NCBI GenBank assembly: GCA_963772725.1
Contig: CAVYYI010000002.1
Location: forward strand, 352,001 to 416,000
DNA length: 64,000 nucleotides
Origin: an uncultured Phycisphaerales bacterium
Lineage (GTDB): Bacteria; Planctomycetota; Phycisphaerae; Sedimentisphaerales; Anaerobacaceae
Reading direction: 5' to 3'
This document shows, in pieces, positions 12,750 through 23,972 of this stretch (position 1 is its first letter; each line of letters opens with the position of its first letter). The translations under genes and the position numbers were made by a program. The notes below the pieces were generated by a model that saw nothing but the letters and a program-made list of their open reading frames with translations, did not search any database and had not been told where the DNA came from.

Positions 12750-14461
12750 GCTGCAAAATATAACTTTGGGCAGATGCGTCCCAGCTTATCCGCTCCGCGT
12801 ATTTCTGCGCGTTCTGTAAATATTGCTCCCTTTTAACCTGTGTCAGAGGTAAAATCTTAAAAATTTCATCCGCGTGTCTCTCGATGATTTCATTTTCCAT
12901 GGCTGTCCGCTGAGATATGTTTAAGTTTTTCAAATCTGTAACACTCGTGTTTTTGCCGGCCGCGACAAAATCCAATATGTAAAAAGGTTTTATCACAGCG
13001 TCTTTATACCTGTCTTCCAGAAACGCCGCAGCTCCGCACGAAGACGATAAGACTGCTATTCCACCGAACGGTATCGTCTCTATCTGCGCGATGCCGAAAG
13101 GCTCATAAACCGAAAAACCAAACTCGGCGTCCGAGGCGATTCGCAAATCGTCAAACTCCGCTTCGTGGGGTACTCTCTTGCCGCACCGTATCTTATCGAA
13201 TCCGAACTGGTTTATGAACACCGCCTTTATAGCTTTCGAGCGGGCATTAAAAAGCTGTATATAGTCGTATATATCTTTCTCGCCCCCGACAAGGTCAGGC
13301 CAGCCTTCGCGATGCAGTACAGGCCAACCGTATTTATCCTCCATTTCACAGACCTCCGCCGGCGAACGACCTGTTGCTATCAATGTTGACAGCAGAATAT
13401 ATGCCCCTTTGAGATTATGTGCAGCAAAAATCTTATCGAGATGATACAATAACGTAATATCACGCCAAATACCTTTGCTGCTGACTAATCGAGTAACATG
13501 CGTGAATATCGCGTCAGGTGTGAAATTAAACAGCCTCTCAATATATCTCTCTATGTGCCACCCGGCTTTCCTGTTTATGCGAAAAATTCACACTCCTCGC
13601 TGAAACGCCGTTATAAACAATTTTTATCTTCCCAGGCGGTGTGTCCGGCACAAGAAAATAATATTCTTCCTTCACATGGTTGCCCACCGCGAATATACTG
13701 TCGAAATGTACCGCCCTTTTTATTAGTTCGTTGCGGCTGTTAAACTCCTGGCTGCCGAATACCTGCTCAAGTGTCTTGCCGCTTTTGCGAAGAATATTAT
13801 AAAACGATATGTCGTGTCCCTGATGATGTTCTACTATCGACCGCGCCGTTGCAACCTCGTGCGCAATAAAAATTGTCGGCTCTTTTTTCCCCGACAGAAT
13901 AACAGACAATGCCGAAGGTACTCCCATATACTCGTGCGAAAAATGAAAATAATCAACGTTGCTGCCGTACAACTTTGCAAGTATTTCCTGATATGGAATT
14001 GCTATCCTGACATATTGCTCATAATCCCAGTCCTTGTCATACAACTGCGAGTTAATGCCGAATTTTTTCCATAGCTCGTATTTGAACTTGTCAACATCTC
14101 CGCGACCCATTTTGTTTATCCCGATGTTAATAACATCGACAACGTTATGCTTCGATATATCGAATTCGCTCACAAGTTCGCACCGGCCGTAAACGATATC
14201 CAAGTTGTATTTTTTGACTATCTCGCCAAGAATATTGCCATAGCCCCCCGCGTCATACTGGTTATGGCTCGAATACAGAATCTCTTTCAGCCCCCCGAAG
14301 TGCGAAAAAGTATCTGTCGGCAATTCAAACAGCGGCCCATAAAAAACCGTCTTGTCGTAATAATCTTTATAAGCCTGGAGTGTACATATCCCGCTGAGAA
14401 CTGCCCCTATCCCGCCCATTTTTCTCGCCGATTCGTGCGTAATGTGTACTGCTACTTTCAT
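12730..14461 (-). CDS. GT3-like glycogen synthase / glycosyltransferase; frameshift near 13500-13550
   Basis: HESARKMGGIGAV resembles GT3 EVCNKVGGIYTV; YEPFGIAQIE resembles YEPWGYTPLE; convergent with glgP. Confidence 0.65.
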
Positions 14462-15718
14462 TTACCTGTTATCTCCAAAATTCTTACGCTTCTTCCCATG
14501 CCCTTTGTCCACCCCTATCAGAAGCATCAAAGAAACCGCTTCCAATCTTACTCCCAATCCCCGCAAAATAAAAGTTTTTTTTCAAATAATTTTATATTTA
14601 GGGGATAGGGTAGAGCGTTCAGGTGGTAGCTGTTGCACCACGCCACGATGCACGCTGGTTAAAGATTTTTCATATTCGCCCAGGCGTTTCGCAATTCAGT
14701 GATATTTCTACTGATACTGACAATGCCGACGATATTACCGGAAACGTCCCGCAGAGGTACTTTTATCGCCAAAAGCCACATCATATTGCTGCCGGGAGCG
14801 ATCGAGGCCTCAACTTTGTTAATCAGAGGCTCGCCTCCCTCGATAATTTTCTGCTCATCCTCGAAATATTCGTCGGCCAGCTCTTTCTGGTAAAAATCAT
14901 AATCAGTTTTGCCAATCATCTCATCGGTTGTCGCGGCTTTTACATACCGTGTCAGCGCGGCGTTGGCGATAAGATATCGGCCATGAATATCCTTTACACA
15001 AATATAATCCGGCATACTGTCAATCAATGTCCGCAGCAAATTACGCTCATGCGCAAGCGTCTCTTCGGCCCGCTTGCGGTCAGTAATATCTCGAATACTC
15101 GCGCGATAACCCTGCGATTTGCCCTTCTCGTCATAAATAGGCTGCCAAGACATATCGACACAGATTAGTTCGCCGCTCTTGCGATACAGGCGGAATTCAA
15201 ACTCTTTGCCCGTGTCCGCGCAACGCAGATTTCAGCGCCCTTGCGACCTTTTCGCGGTCAGCTTCGTAAACCATCGGAATCAAATATTCAAGACCCATAA
15301 ATTCCCTGATGTTATAACCTGTAACACGCTCAATCGCGGGATTGGTCCACAGAGGCCTGCCTCCAGGCCCAACCCAAACCTCCCAGAAATAGGTGTAATC
15401 CGCGATTGCGCGAAAACACTGCTCGCTCAGCCGCAGCGCCAATTCCGAACGCTTGCTCTCCGTAACATCATTATAAACCGCTACCACATCCCCGCACGGC
15501 AGCTTATACACATAATTCTCCCGCCATCCGGACAGCCTGTCGTCCTTATAAGTCGCCACTGGAAACTGCTCCGGCGTGCCGCTCTTCCAAACCCTCCGCA
15601 AAACCGTCAAAAGCCCGAACTCCTCAACCCCTGGAAAAACCTCGGTAACTCTTTTACCGATTACATCTTCTTTCTTGACCTTCTCAATCCGCTCCGCAGC
15701 CCGGTTAAAATCCCTGAA

Positions 15719-16728
15719 ACCTGAACTTTGTTTAAGCTGTGATGCAAAGAAATTCTCTAGGCTGGTAGCTGACGTTTTCGATTTTGAGCGAAGGCTTTTT
15801 CGGCAGTCTCGTATAGGCTATAAGGCCGGCTATCAAATGTGCCAGAAAGTTGATCGGGCTGCGGTGACGTGAATGTTCGATCTGACAGACATTTTTGAGT
15901 GTGTCATTGACCGTTTCAATCAATGAACGCTTTCGCAGCAGGATTTTATCCTCCAACTCCATCAAACGGCATTTCATATTTGTGCGCATATTGGTTACCA
16001 GCTTAATTCCCTTGGCCAACAGTTTTTCAAACAGGCTCTGGCTGATGTAACCCTTGTCGCCAAATAGCTTTCCGAACAGGCCGTCGGCCATTGTCTCCAC
16101 CGTGCTGCGATCATCGACATTACCTGCTGTCAGGCGGCAGCCCAATAAACCGCCGCGGTCATTAATGATCAGATGCAATTTAAAGCCAAAAAACCAGCCC
16201 ATCGTTGTTTTACCTATTTGAGCAAGCCCGTCGAAAACACGGTTGCGGCTGATGCGTTTATTATGACAGACTTTAAGTGCGGTGCTGTCAATAAAAGAAA
16301 TACCCGTGGGCTCATCCATGCCATCGGTTTGCAAATATACAAGCAGCGGGATTATTGCCCTTGGTATCAGATAAACAAAGCGGTCGTAGCTGACCATATC
16401 GGGAAAATCATGGCGGTGATGGGCAAGAAGGTAGTGATAGAAATCCTTGAAAGTGCGATAGCCGCTGGTTTGGAAGGCAATAAGAATAGTCATGATCTCG
16501 CTGGTACTTAAGTTGCCTTGCCTGTTGCGTTTACGTGTTCCATCTTCTATGAGGTGCTTTACATACATTTTTTCAAAAGCTTTCCAACAATCATCGACAT
16601 TCACAAATAATGTGGTAAAATCCGCTGTCATACGGCCTCCTTGCCTGCTTGGTTAATAATATTTACAAAACTATTATTTCCATCGGCAGGTTGGCCGTTT
16701 TTCTTGTATCCTTATCCAAAGTTCAGGT
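15719..16728 (-). mobile_element. IS982-family insertion sequence
   Basis: 18-bp IRs ACCTGAACTTTGTTTAAG / ACCTGAACTTTGGATAAG (16/18); 5-bp TSD CTGAA at 15714-15718 and 16729-16733. Confidence 0.92.
15732..16631 (-). CDS. IS982 DDE transposase
   Basis: FIDST, WFFGFKLHL, GDKGYIS, RKRSLIETVNDTLK..IEHSRHRS. Confidence 0.93.
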   Translation of the reverse strand: MTADFTTLFVNVDDCWKAFEKMYVKHLIEDGTRKRNRQGNLSTSEIMTILIAFQTSGYRTFKDFYHYLLAHHRHDFPDMVSYDRFVYLIPRAIIPLLVYLQTDGMDEPTGISFIDSTALKVCHNKRISRNRVFDGLAQIGKTTMGWFFGFKLHLIINDRGGLLGCRLTAGNVDDRSTVETMADGLFGKLFGDKGYISQSLFEKLLAKGIKLVTNMRTNMKCRLMELEDKILLRKRSLIETVNDTLKNVCQIEHSRHRSPINFLAHLIAGLIAYTRLPKKPSLKIENVSYQPREFLCITA

Positions 16729-17161
16729 CTGAAGATAAAATCCTGGCCGTCGTCAACAGCCTCATAAACAGCTACACCGCTGCTGATGCTGTTAAACAGC
16801 CCGTCATATCGGCTTTGATATATTTTCAGTTGCTCTTCAAGTTGTCTTCGCTCGTTGTCTTTTTGCCCAAAACCGCTATCAGGCAATTTATCCCTATTAT
16901 GCCCTTCGGCTCTTTGCATATACCTTTTCCTACGGTTTGCCTTCCATAAGGCAACTATTGTTACAGACTATATTTATCACTATCTTACCACCGTTGCTAT
17001 AGTTATACAAGAACCTTCACTGCTGAATCTATATAGGGATAAATCGGTAAAAAGTAACAGTGAATTTGCTGTAAAAATGAGGCCCCCCCCTATCCGCGAA
17101 AATATTGGTTTGAACTCGGGGATAGGTAAAAATCTGTGGAAACTTAAGGACATAAAGCAGA

Positions 17162-17845
17162 CTACCGGCCTGCTTTAACATCATTTATAGCCTGGTCTGC
17201 CGCCTGGCGTATCTCCCTGTTGTCATCGTTCACGCGAACCTCTTCGAGTATCGGTATAACCTGCGGATTTTTCGATTTGCCCAAAGCTGTTACAGCTTCG
17301 CGGCGCAAATCCGGGTCGGTGTTCTTTGTCGCGATATTTCTCAGCGTATCTCTGACCGTGTCATCAAAAGTCAGGCCTGCAAGGTCAACGATGGCTTTTA
17401 TCCTGCCGGGTTTATCCGCAATCTGTGCCTGCTTGATAAGCTCAGCCTTTCTATTACGCACATATTCAAGAAATTTTTCATCTACCGTGGCTGGAGCGGG
17501 AGTAACCTGTACCGGCGCAGGTGTCGGATAGGCAACAGGCGCAGGCCGCTGCAAAACAACAGGAGCAGCCACGACTGGCGGCGGCGCGACATATACAGGC
17601 CTTTCAATGATAACAGGGGCAGGCTCGACTATTACCGGCGAATAGTACCAGCCAGGCCAGTAATGATATGAAGGCCCATGCCAATACGGATAATGGGAAT
17701 AATGCGAATAATACGGATGATAACCCATACCGAAGCCTACGCTGACATGAACTGAGCTGTGGCCTCCCGCAAAGGCCTGCGGGGCTACCATTACGCTTAA
17801 ATTAATCAAAACAGCCGCTATTAATGTGTTTATTAGGGTTTTCAT
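17162..17845 (-). CDS. Exported protein with Tyr/His/Pro-rich linker and C-terminal HEAT repeats
   Basis: Signal peptide, YH-rich then P-rich segment, DPDLRREAVTALG..DNREIRQAADQAI. Confidence 0.7.
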   Translation of the reverse strand: MKTLINTLIAAVLINLSVMVAPQAFAGGHSSVHVSVGFGMGYHPYYSHYSHYPYWHGPSYHYWPGWYYSPVIVEPAPVIIERPVYVAPPPVVAAPVVLQRPAPVAYPTPAPVQVTPAPATVDEKFLEYVRNRKAELIKQAQIADKPGRIKAIVDLAGLTFDDTVRDTLRNIATKNTDPDLRREAVTALGKSKNPQVIPILEEVRVNDDNREIRQAADQAINDVKAGR

Positions 17846-18246
17846 CTTGATACTGCCTTTCTGTTAAAATCCTTTTTATACTTTACGTTTTTATAATACC
17901 CTTGTTCAGCTTTGTCAATTCTTATCGCTTTTAGTTATATAGTTATTCATCCGGCCGGGTTTATTCCCTGAAAAAAGTTTATCCAAATTATGCGCAAAAA
18001 TGAGCATTTTTTTCGAACTTTTTAACACTTTTTGAGCAAATCTGAGCAGAAATCATCACGTTTTGAGCGAAAACTGATAGAGCAGAAAAAACAAGAAGAT
18101 TATGGATAGTATTACGAAAGCATGAAAAGTTTTTTGCATAGGGGAGGCGGTACCAAAAAGAAGAATAGATAATAGTCCGCTTTGGCTGGATAAAACCATC
18201 CCCCTGGTATCCTCCTGCTTTTATGGTTTAAAGGCCGTATGGAATG

Positions 18247-18381
18247 TTAGCTGCGGCGAAGTTTGGCGGCAATTGCTGCGGCTTTGCGTGCACGCTCTCT
18301 TGCCTTACGAGGGGCATTGGCCGCATGCGTTTTAATTTGTTTTTCTCGTCTTTTATCTTGTTTATCTCTACGTTTTCCCAT
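18247..18381 (-). CDS. Small very basic protein (about 44 aa if one frameshift is corrected)
   Basis: GAAAGG RBS; MGKRRDKQDKRREKQIKRM continuing as ANAPRKARERARKAAAIAAKLRRS* in the adjacent frame. Confidence 0.4.
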   Translation of the reverse strand: MGKRRDKQDKRREKQIKTHAANAPRKARERARKAAAIAAKLRRS

Positions 18382-18683
18382 GAAAATTTCCTTTCAGTAC
18401 TTTTACCAAATCTGTCACGACTGTGCCAGGTTTTATGGCAAATAAAGCATTTTCAGTATTATTACAGCCTGTCTATAATAAATATCCTCGAATTGTAAGC
18501 GCCAGGCAGGGCAAAAGCAATGAACTTTTTCGGGAAATCGAAATCTTAAACAAAAAAATAGCCACGAAAAGACGCAAAAGATACAAACAAATTAACCACG
18601 AATGAACACGAAAAAACACGAAGAATATTTTAGCCACAGAGATCACAGAGGGGACGGAGAATTTTGGATTGAAAGACAAAAAG

Positions 18684-18782
18684 GCTGGACAAGATTCATA
18701 AATGCGGTAAAATTATGATGCGGATTTTTAGCGGGAAAGGATTGTAAGCAGTGTGGCTTAAGATGGAGATTAAGGAGTATGG
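18684..18782 (+). promoter_or_regulatory. Repeated promoter module, copy 1
   Basis: TGGACA-N16-TAAAAT; about 100 bp closely similar to copy 2. Confidence 0.7.
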
Positions 18783-18812
18783 GGTTGCCAGATATAGACG
18801 GAAGTAATTAAT

Positions 18813-19217
18813 ATGAAAATTAAGAAGATACATTTAATTATCCTTATTATCCTTGCAGTTTTATTTGGTGTAATCTTCTTTAGCAATTTTTTACATGTTG
18901 GGAGAAGATATGGCCAAAAGATTGAGCAAACGAGTAAATTCAGATATGCGATTTCAAAAAAACTTAATCAAGTATTCTTGCAAACAGGAAAATACCCTGA
19001 GCAAGTTTCTGATATTTTGAACGAAATACCTCATCCTGATTTTACCGTAAAACTCCAGTCTTATGTTTGCGATCTTAAGTCTTACAAGATTGTTGTTATA
19101 CTTTGTTTTTATCAATCGGAATATATGGAAATAGAAGAGAAGGCAATCAATAGCGAAATTATTTATTCAAAATTTGATTCTTTGGATTCTAATGACATTA
19201 TCAATCCCAGAAATTAA
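18813..19217 (+). CDS. Hypothetical AT-rich protein with N-terminal TM helix
   Basis: 134-aa ORF after module copy 1. Confidence 0.6.
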   Translation: MKIKKIHLIILIILAVLFGVIFFSNFLHVGRRYGQKIEQTSKFRYAISKKLNQVFLQTGKYPEQVSDILNEIPHPDFTVKLQSYVCDLKSYKIVVILCFYQSEYMEIEEKAINSEIIYSKFDSLDSNDIINPRN

Positions 19218-19243
19218 TTCAGGCAGGTGAAAGAAAAATAAAA

Positions 19244-19267
19244 GGTGGGGTTGTGACCCCACCCTAC
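19244..19267. repeat. REP-like hairpin
   Basis: GGTGGGGT-TGTG-ACCCCACC followed by CTAC. Confidence 0.6.
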
Positions 19268-19269
19268 GG

Positions 19270-19380
19270 GACTAATTTGCTGCTGGACAAGGTTCATAAA
19301 TGCGGTAAGATTATGGTGCGGATTTTGAGCGGGAAAGGATTTTAAGGAGTGCGGCTGAAGATGGAAATTAATGAGTATGG
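19270..19380 (+). promoter_or_regulatory. Repeated promoter module, copy 2
   Basis: gactaatttgctgc-TGGACA-N16-TAAGAT. Confidence 0.7.
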
Positions 19381-19411
19381 AATTCGAACAGGGAATTAAG
19401 TATGGCGTCTC

Positions 19412-19894
19412 ATGAATTCCACGCCTATTAATATTTGGAGGTATTTAACTATGCTTAAAAACTTAGCATTGACGAAAAAAGATTTTTTTATGCTGCCCTT
19501 ATTAATTATGCCGATGGTAAGTCTATTAGTTTTTTATTACCTTTATGGTGATAAAAGCTTGATTGTTGAGCCAATTCTTTTTGTCCTTCTTCTTTTGGCG
19601 GTTGCATGTGGAGGTTTAAGACTTTTATTTTTGGGTTTGATAGCTTTTCATAAAAAGAGGAAAATAGGGAAAAAACTAGAGGATACATCATTTTATCTGG
19701 CGTATTTAGGGCTATTTGGACTCACACTTATTCTTTGTGTTGATGTACCTCGCCGTGGAGGTACCGATGCACTAATCGGTGCTGCATACTTTTACCTGCC
19801 TTTCTATGCAGGTGCTTGTATGATAATAGGTTACATTATAGGTTGGGTTATTGAACTTCTATTTAATTTAAAGTTTCCCGATTACCGAAGGTAA
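19412..19894 (+). CDS. Hypothetical membrane protein (about 4 TM helices)
   Basis: Four hydrophobic stretches; AT-rich. Confidence 0.6.
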   Translation: MNSTPINIWRYLTMLKNLALTKKDFFMLPLLIMPMVSLLVFYYLYGDKSLIVEPILFVLLLLAVACGGLRLLFLGLIAFHKKRKIGKKLEDTSFYLAYLGLFGLTLILCVDVPRRGGTDALIGAAYFYLPFYAGACMIIGYIIGWVIELLFNLKFPDYRR

Positions 19895-20012
19895 TATAGT
19901 GAGAATATTAGAAAAATTGCAAACCATATACGACAACACCATATCATTTATATTTTTGCTATTGCAATTTTGATTTTAAATAAATAGGGATAGGCAACTA
20001 TTTTTGACTACT

Positions 20013-21354
20013 TATAATACTCCCCGAAAATCAGACCAGTATATAAGGTGTAAGTTGTGGTATAATTCTATCGGATTATGGATTGAGAAAGGAAGTACGA
20101 ATTATGACACAACATCGACACTTTGGCAAAGATTTCAAGGCAAAAGTTGCAATTGAAGCCATCAAGGGTGAGAAGACCCTCAACGAGATAGCCTCTATGT
20201 ATGAGGTTCATCCCAACCAGGTCAGCCAGTGGAAGAAGCTGGCCCTTGAGAAGCTGCCCGAGGCAATGGCTGACGGCAGAGGCAAGGATGTTCGTCAGAG
20301 CCAGCCTGTAGATGAGGAAAAGCTTCATCAGAAGATAGGTCAGCAGGCTATCGAGATTGACTTTTTGAAAAAAAAGTTGCGTCAATTGGGACTGCTCAAC
20401 GAGTAGAAATGGTAGAACAGAACAATAGACAAATCAGTATCCGCCGGCAGTGCTGTCTGCTTGATATCAATCGCAGCAGGCTGTATTACCATGCAGGGTC
20501 TATCTGATCAGGAGAATCTTAAAGTAATGGACTTGATTGACAGGGAGTTTACCGAGCATCCTTTTACAGGTATCGACAGGATGGCAGAGTTTTTATACAG
20601 GAAGCACAAGCTTGTTGTCAATCACAAGCGAGTTCGCAGGCTTATGCGTAAAATGGGTTTAATGGCCTTATATCCCAGACCCCGCACAAGCTGTCCTGCT
20701 GCTGTTTATATCAAATATCCCTGCCTTTTGAATACGATAGCGATAGATGCTCCCGATGCGGTCTGGTGTTCGGATATTACGTACATTCGTCTCAAAGGCG
20801 GCTTTATGTACCTTGTTGCGATTATGGATTATTTCAGCAGATATGTATTGAGCTGGTCGGTATCGAACAGTCTTGAGTCTCTGTTTTGCATAGATGCACT
20901 GGATGAGGCGTTGTCGAAATCGAAGCCTTTAATTTTTCATTCCGACCAGGGCAAACAATACGCCAGCACAAAGTTTTTGGATACGTTGAAGGCAAGTGAG
21001 ATTCAATATAAGTATGAGCGGCAAGGGTCGTGCGTTTCGATAACATCCTGGCGGAGCGATTATGGCGGACGGTGAAATATGAGGAGGTCTATTTGAAGGA
21101 ATATAGCGATGGGCATGATTTGATAAAATCGCTGAGGCGGTATTTTGATTATTACAACAATGACAGGCCGCACAGCAGCCTGGATTACAAGACACCTTCG
21201 GAGGTATATTTTAAGGAGCTGCCCGCCGATTCGCTTCGCTGCGCTTGCTTTGGAGCTGCGCTACGCGAATCGGCTGACACAGAGAAAATCGGCACAACTT
21301 ACACCAAATACAAGGACAAAATTGGTCTTGACAACGGGTAGGGGTTCAACTATA
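20013..21354 (+). mobile_element. IS3-family insertion sequence (orfA 20104-20406; orfB about 20403-21341 with frameshifts)
   Basis: orfA FKAKVAIEAIKG..YEVHPNQVSQWKK; orfB WCSDITYI, FHSDQG, DNILAERLWRTVKYEEVYL; imperfect IRs ending in AGACCA. Confidence 0.88.
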
Positions 21355-21375
21355 AGCAATCAGCTAATCGCTTAC

Positions 21376-21540
21376 GACTAATTTGCCGCTGGACATTGAT
21401 TTTATGAGTGGTAAGATTGTGAGGAAGTTTTTGAGCGAAACATAAGCACTAATTCCGAAGCACGAAACAAATTAAAAAGGGGAAAAATCTAAAATAAAAA
21501 ATGCTGCTGGACAATGCTTGTATGCGTGGTAGAATTGTGG
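21376..21540 (+). promoter_or_regulatory. Repeated promoter module, copies 3 and 4
   Basis: TGGACA(21390)-N16-TAAGAT and TGGACA(21508)-N16-TAGAAT, both with TG extended -10. Confidence 0.65.
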
Positions 21541-21589
21541 TTTGGTTTTTTTAGCGAAGAATAATTATATTGAGTACAGAGGATAAAAT

Positions 21590-21811
21590 ATGATTAATAT
21601 TTTTGTAATAATCGTGGTGCTTTTTTCCATAGTCTGTGGCTACTATGGCGGCGACTTTTTTTCTGTTTATTTTGGTGTGGTAGGTTGGATAATAGGTTTT
21701 CTTGCAGGTTTTTTATTGGCGGTGTTGATGTATTATTTGGTAATGCGTTTCTTGAATAAATGGGACCAAATCAGTCGACGCAAAAAACGTAAACGTGTTT
21801 CTGATAAATAA
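21590..21811 (+). CDS. Small 2-TM hypothetical protein with basic tail
   Basis: AGGA RBS, two hydrophobic helices, RRKKRKR. Confidence 0.6.
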   Translation: MINIFVIIVVLFSIVCGYYGGDFFSVYFGVVGWIIGFLAGFLLAVLMYYLVMRFLNKWDQISRRKKRKRVSDK

Positions 21812-21876
21812 AGACTTGTGAAATGTGACAGGAAAGATGACTTTTATGTTTTTTTGTAAATGAGGAATGGAATAAT

Positions 21877-22890
21877 ATGGCAGTTATGAAATTGAAGGCT
21901 AAGACGCAGTGCAGGTATGATGTGGTTTCGCTTGGGGAGGTGATGATTCGGATGGACCCGGGGGATAGCAGGATACATACGGCGAGAAGTTTTAAGGTCT
22001 GGGAAGGTGGAGGTGAGTATAATGTGGCCAGAGGGCTGCGGAGGTGCTTTAATCAGAGGGCGGCTGTTGTGACGGCTGTGCCGGATAATGCGGTGGGCAG
22101 GCTGCTGGAGGATTTTGATGCTGCAGGGAGGAGTTGAGCTTGAATATGTGAAGTGGGTGCCTTTCGATGGTATCGGGAGAGATACGAGGGTGGGGTTGAA
22201 TTTTACGGAGAGAGGTTTTGGTGTGCGGGCGGCGCTTGGGTGCAGCGACCGGGGGCATTCGGCGGCGGCGCAATTGAAGAAAGGCGATATCGACTGGGAA
22301 AAGATTTTTGGTAAAGACGGGGTAAGGTGGTTTCATACGGGGGGAATATTCGCGGCGCTATCGGAAAGTACGCCGGAGGTTGTGATAGAGGCGGTGACGG
22401 CTGCGAAGAAGTACGGCACGATTGTTTCGTATGATCTTAATTACAGGGCATCGCTGTGGAAATCGATTGGCGGCAAAGAGAAGGCGATGGAAGTGAACAG
22501 GAAGATCGCGCCGTTTATCGATGTGATGATGGGCAATGAGGAGGATTTTACGGCGGCGCTGGGGTTTGAGGTTGAGGGGCTGGATAAGGACTGTTCGAAT
22601 CTGGATACGAAAAATTTTAAGAAGATGATAGAGCGGGCGGTTAAGGAGTTTCCGAATTTCAAGGCGGTGGCGACGACGCTGAGAAACGCGAAAACGGCTT
22701 CGATAAACGACTGGGGGGCGATACTTTATTGCGACGGGAAATTCTGCGAGGCGACGCTCAGGGAGAATCTTGAGATTTACGACAGGGTAGGCGGTGGGGA
22801 TAGTTTTGCGTCGGGGGTGATTTATGGCTTTTTGGCGGATAAGACGCCGCAGGAAGCGGTTGAGTATGGGGCGGCGCATGGGCGCTGGCG
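21877..22890 (+). CDS. kdgK: PfkB-family sugar kinase (2-dehydro-3-deoxygluconokinase-like); C-terminus replaced
   Basis: LGEVMIRMDP, GGGEYNVA, YDLNYR, DRVGGGDSFASG; frameshift near 22115. Confidence 0.8.
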
Positions 22891-23178
22891 GATTTTCTGC
22901 CAACGATAACAATCAAGGGTAAAGATTTTGCCAACGAGATAACCAATTTCAATATTAAGCGGAGTGATCTGCGAACAGAAGCGGGTATTACCAAAGAACA
23001 TGTAAAAAATAATCAGGAGGTTAGAAAACTTCTTATCAAGCGAAATATCAAACCGGAGGAATTGCCGCCGGCGGAAGATGTAAAAAAGGTGGAAAGAAAA
23101 CTTGTCTCCGAACAGAAGAAACTGGTAACCAAGGCAGAGCCGCTGGATACAGCATACGAGAACATCATAAAACCGTAA
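22882..23178 (+). pseudogene. dinD: C-terminal fragment of DNA damage-inducible protein D
   Basis: Manual translation ALADFLPTITIKGKDFANEITNFNIK..EHVKNNQEVRKLL..IKPEELPPAEDVKKVERKL (absent from the ORF track). Confidence 0.75.
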
Positions 23179-23239
23179 ATTTATAGTCAACGTGTCAGGG
23201 AACGGCTGGGTATGCTCATTAAACCATCACAAGCCGATA

Positions 23240-23277
23240 AAAAAAAGCAGTCGCGGTTGTCCACGACTGCTTTTTTA
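23240..23277. terminator. Bidirectional terminator
   Basis: A-run, GCAGTCG..CGACTGC stem, T-run between convergent genes. Confidence 0.7.
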
Positions 23278-23307
23278 TTTCTTCTTCAGAATTAAAAATA
23301 CAGATTC

Positions 23308-23729
23308 TTACATTCCATATAGCGGCTTAAGTTCTTCTGGTCCTGGTACATGGAAATACTGTTCGCCCTTCGGGGCGATATAAACATTGCCAGAACGGCG
23401 AAGAACCACTGGTGTAATCGAACCATTGCTGTTGGTAATGTTTACGACCACCGTATTTGCCTGTTCCTGAGTGGCCTCCAATTGTCTTTTTGTTTCTTTC
23501 TTGTCTCCTTCGTTGCCAATCAAATAACCGCCGCCAGCACCAACGGCCCCGCCTATTAATGCACCTTCACCTGCATGATGGCTGCCGCCGATAGACAGTG
23601 CCAACACCAGCACCTCCCAAACCACCGATAAGGGCACCGGTCTGGGCCTTGTTTTCACAACCCGGCACAAACACAAAAGACACACCCAACACAACAACAA
23701 CTGACGTCTGCTACCACTTTTCGCAACAT
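23308..23729 (-). CDS. Glycine-zipper lipoprotein (frameshifted 5' end)
   Basis: Hydrophobic signal ending PGC, then ENKAQTGALIGGLGG..GALIGGAVGAGGGYLIGNE. Confidence 0.7.
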
Positions 23730-23899
23730 TTTTTTATGCCTCCAAAAATTAAATAATTTTACAAAAATCCTGCTATATATTATGCACCCTTACATTTACT
23801 GTCAAATTAAATCTTTGTTCGCACGAGCCAGGCAAATCTGAGGTTAATTTCCTTGCAATGCAGGCCTGTTTTGTGTAAAGTACACGGGAATTTTCTTTT

Positions 23900-23972
<73 letters not shown>

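Larger units (their letters stand above)
14659..16919 (-). pseudogene. Multi-PAS-domain protein interrupted by IS982
   Basis: PAS/PAC segments on both sides of the IS; removing the IS and one TSD copy restores GQDFIFRDFNRAAERIEK. Confidence 0.8.

Noticed and set aside
18684..21811. Integron cassette array
   Set aside because: No attC-type RYYYAAC..GTTRRRY palindromes recognised and no IntI nearby; the repeats are promoter-like and lie 5' of the genes.
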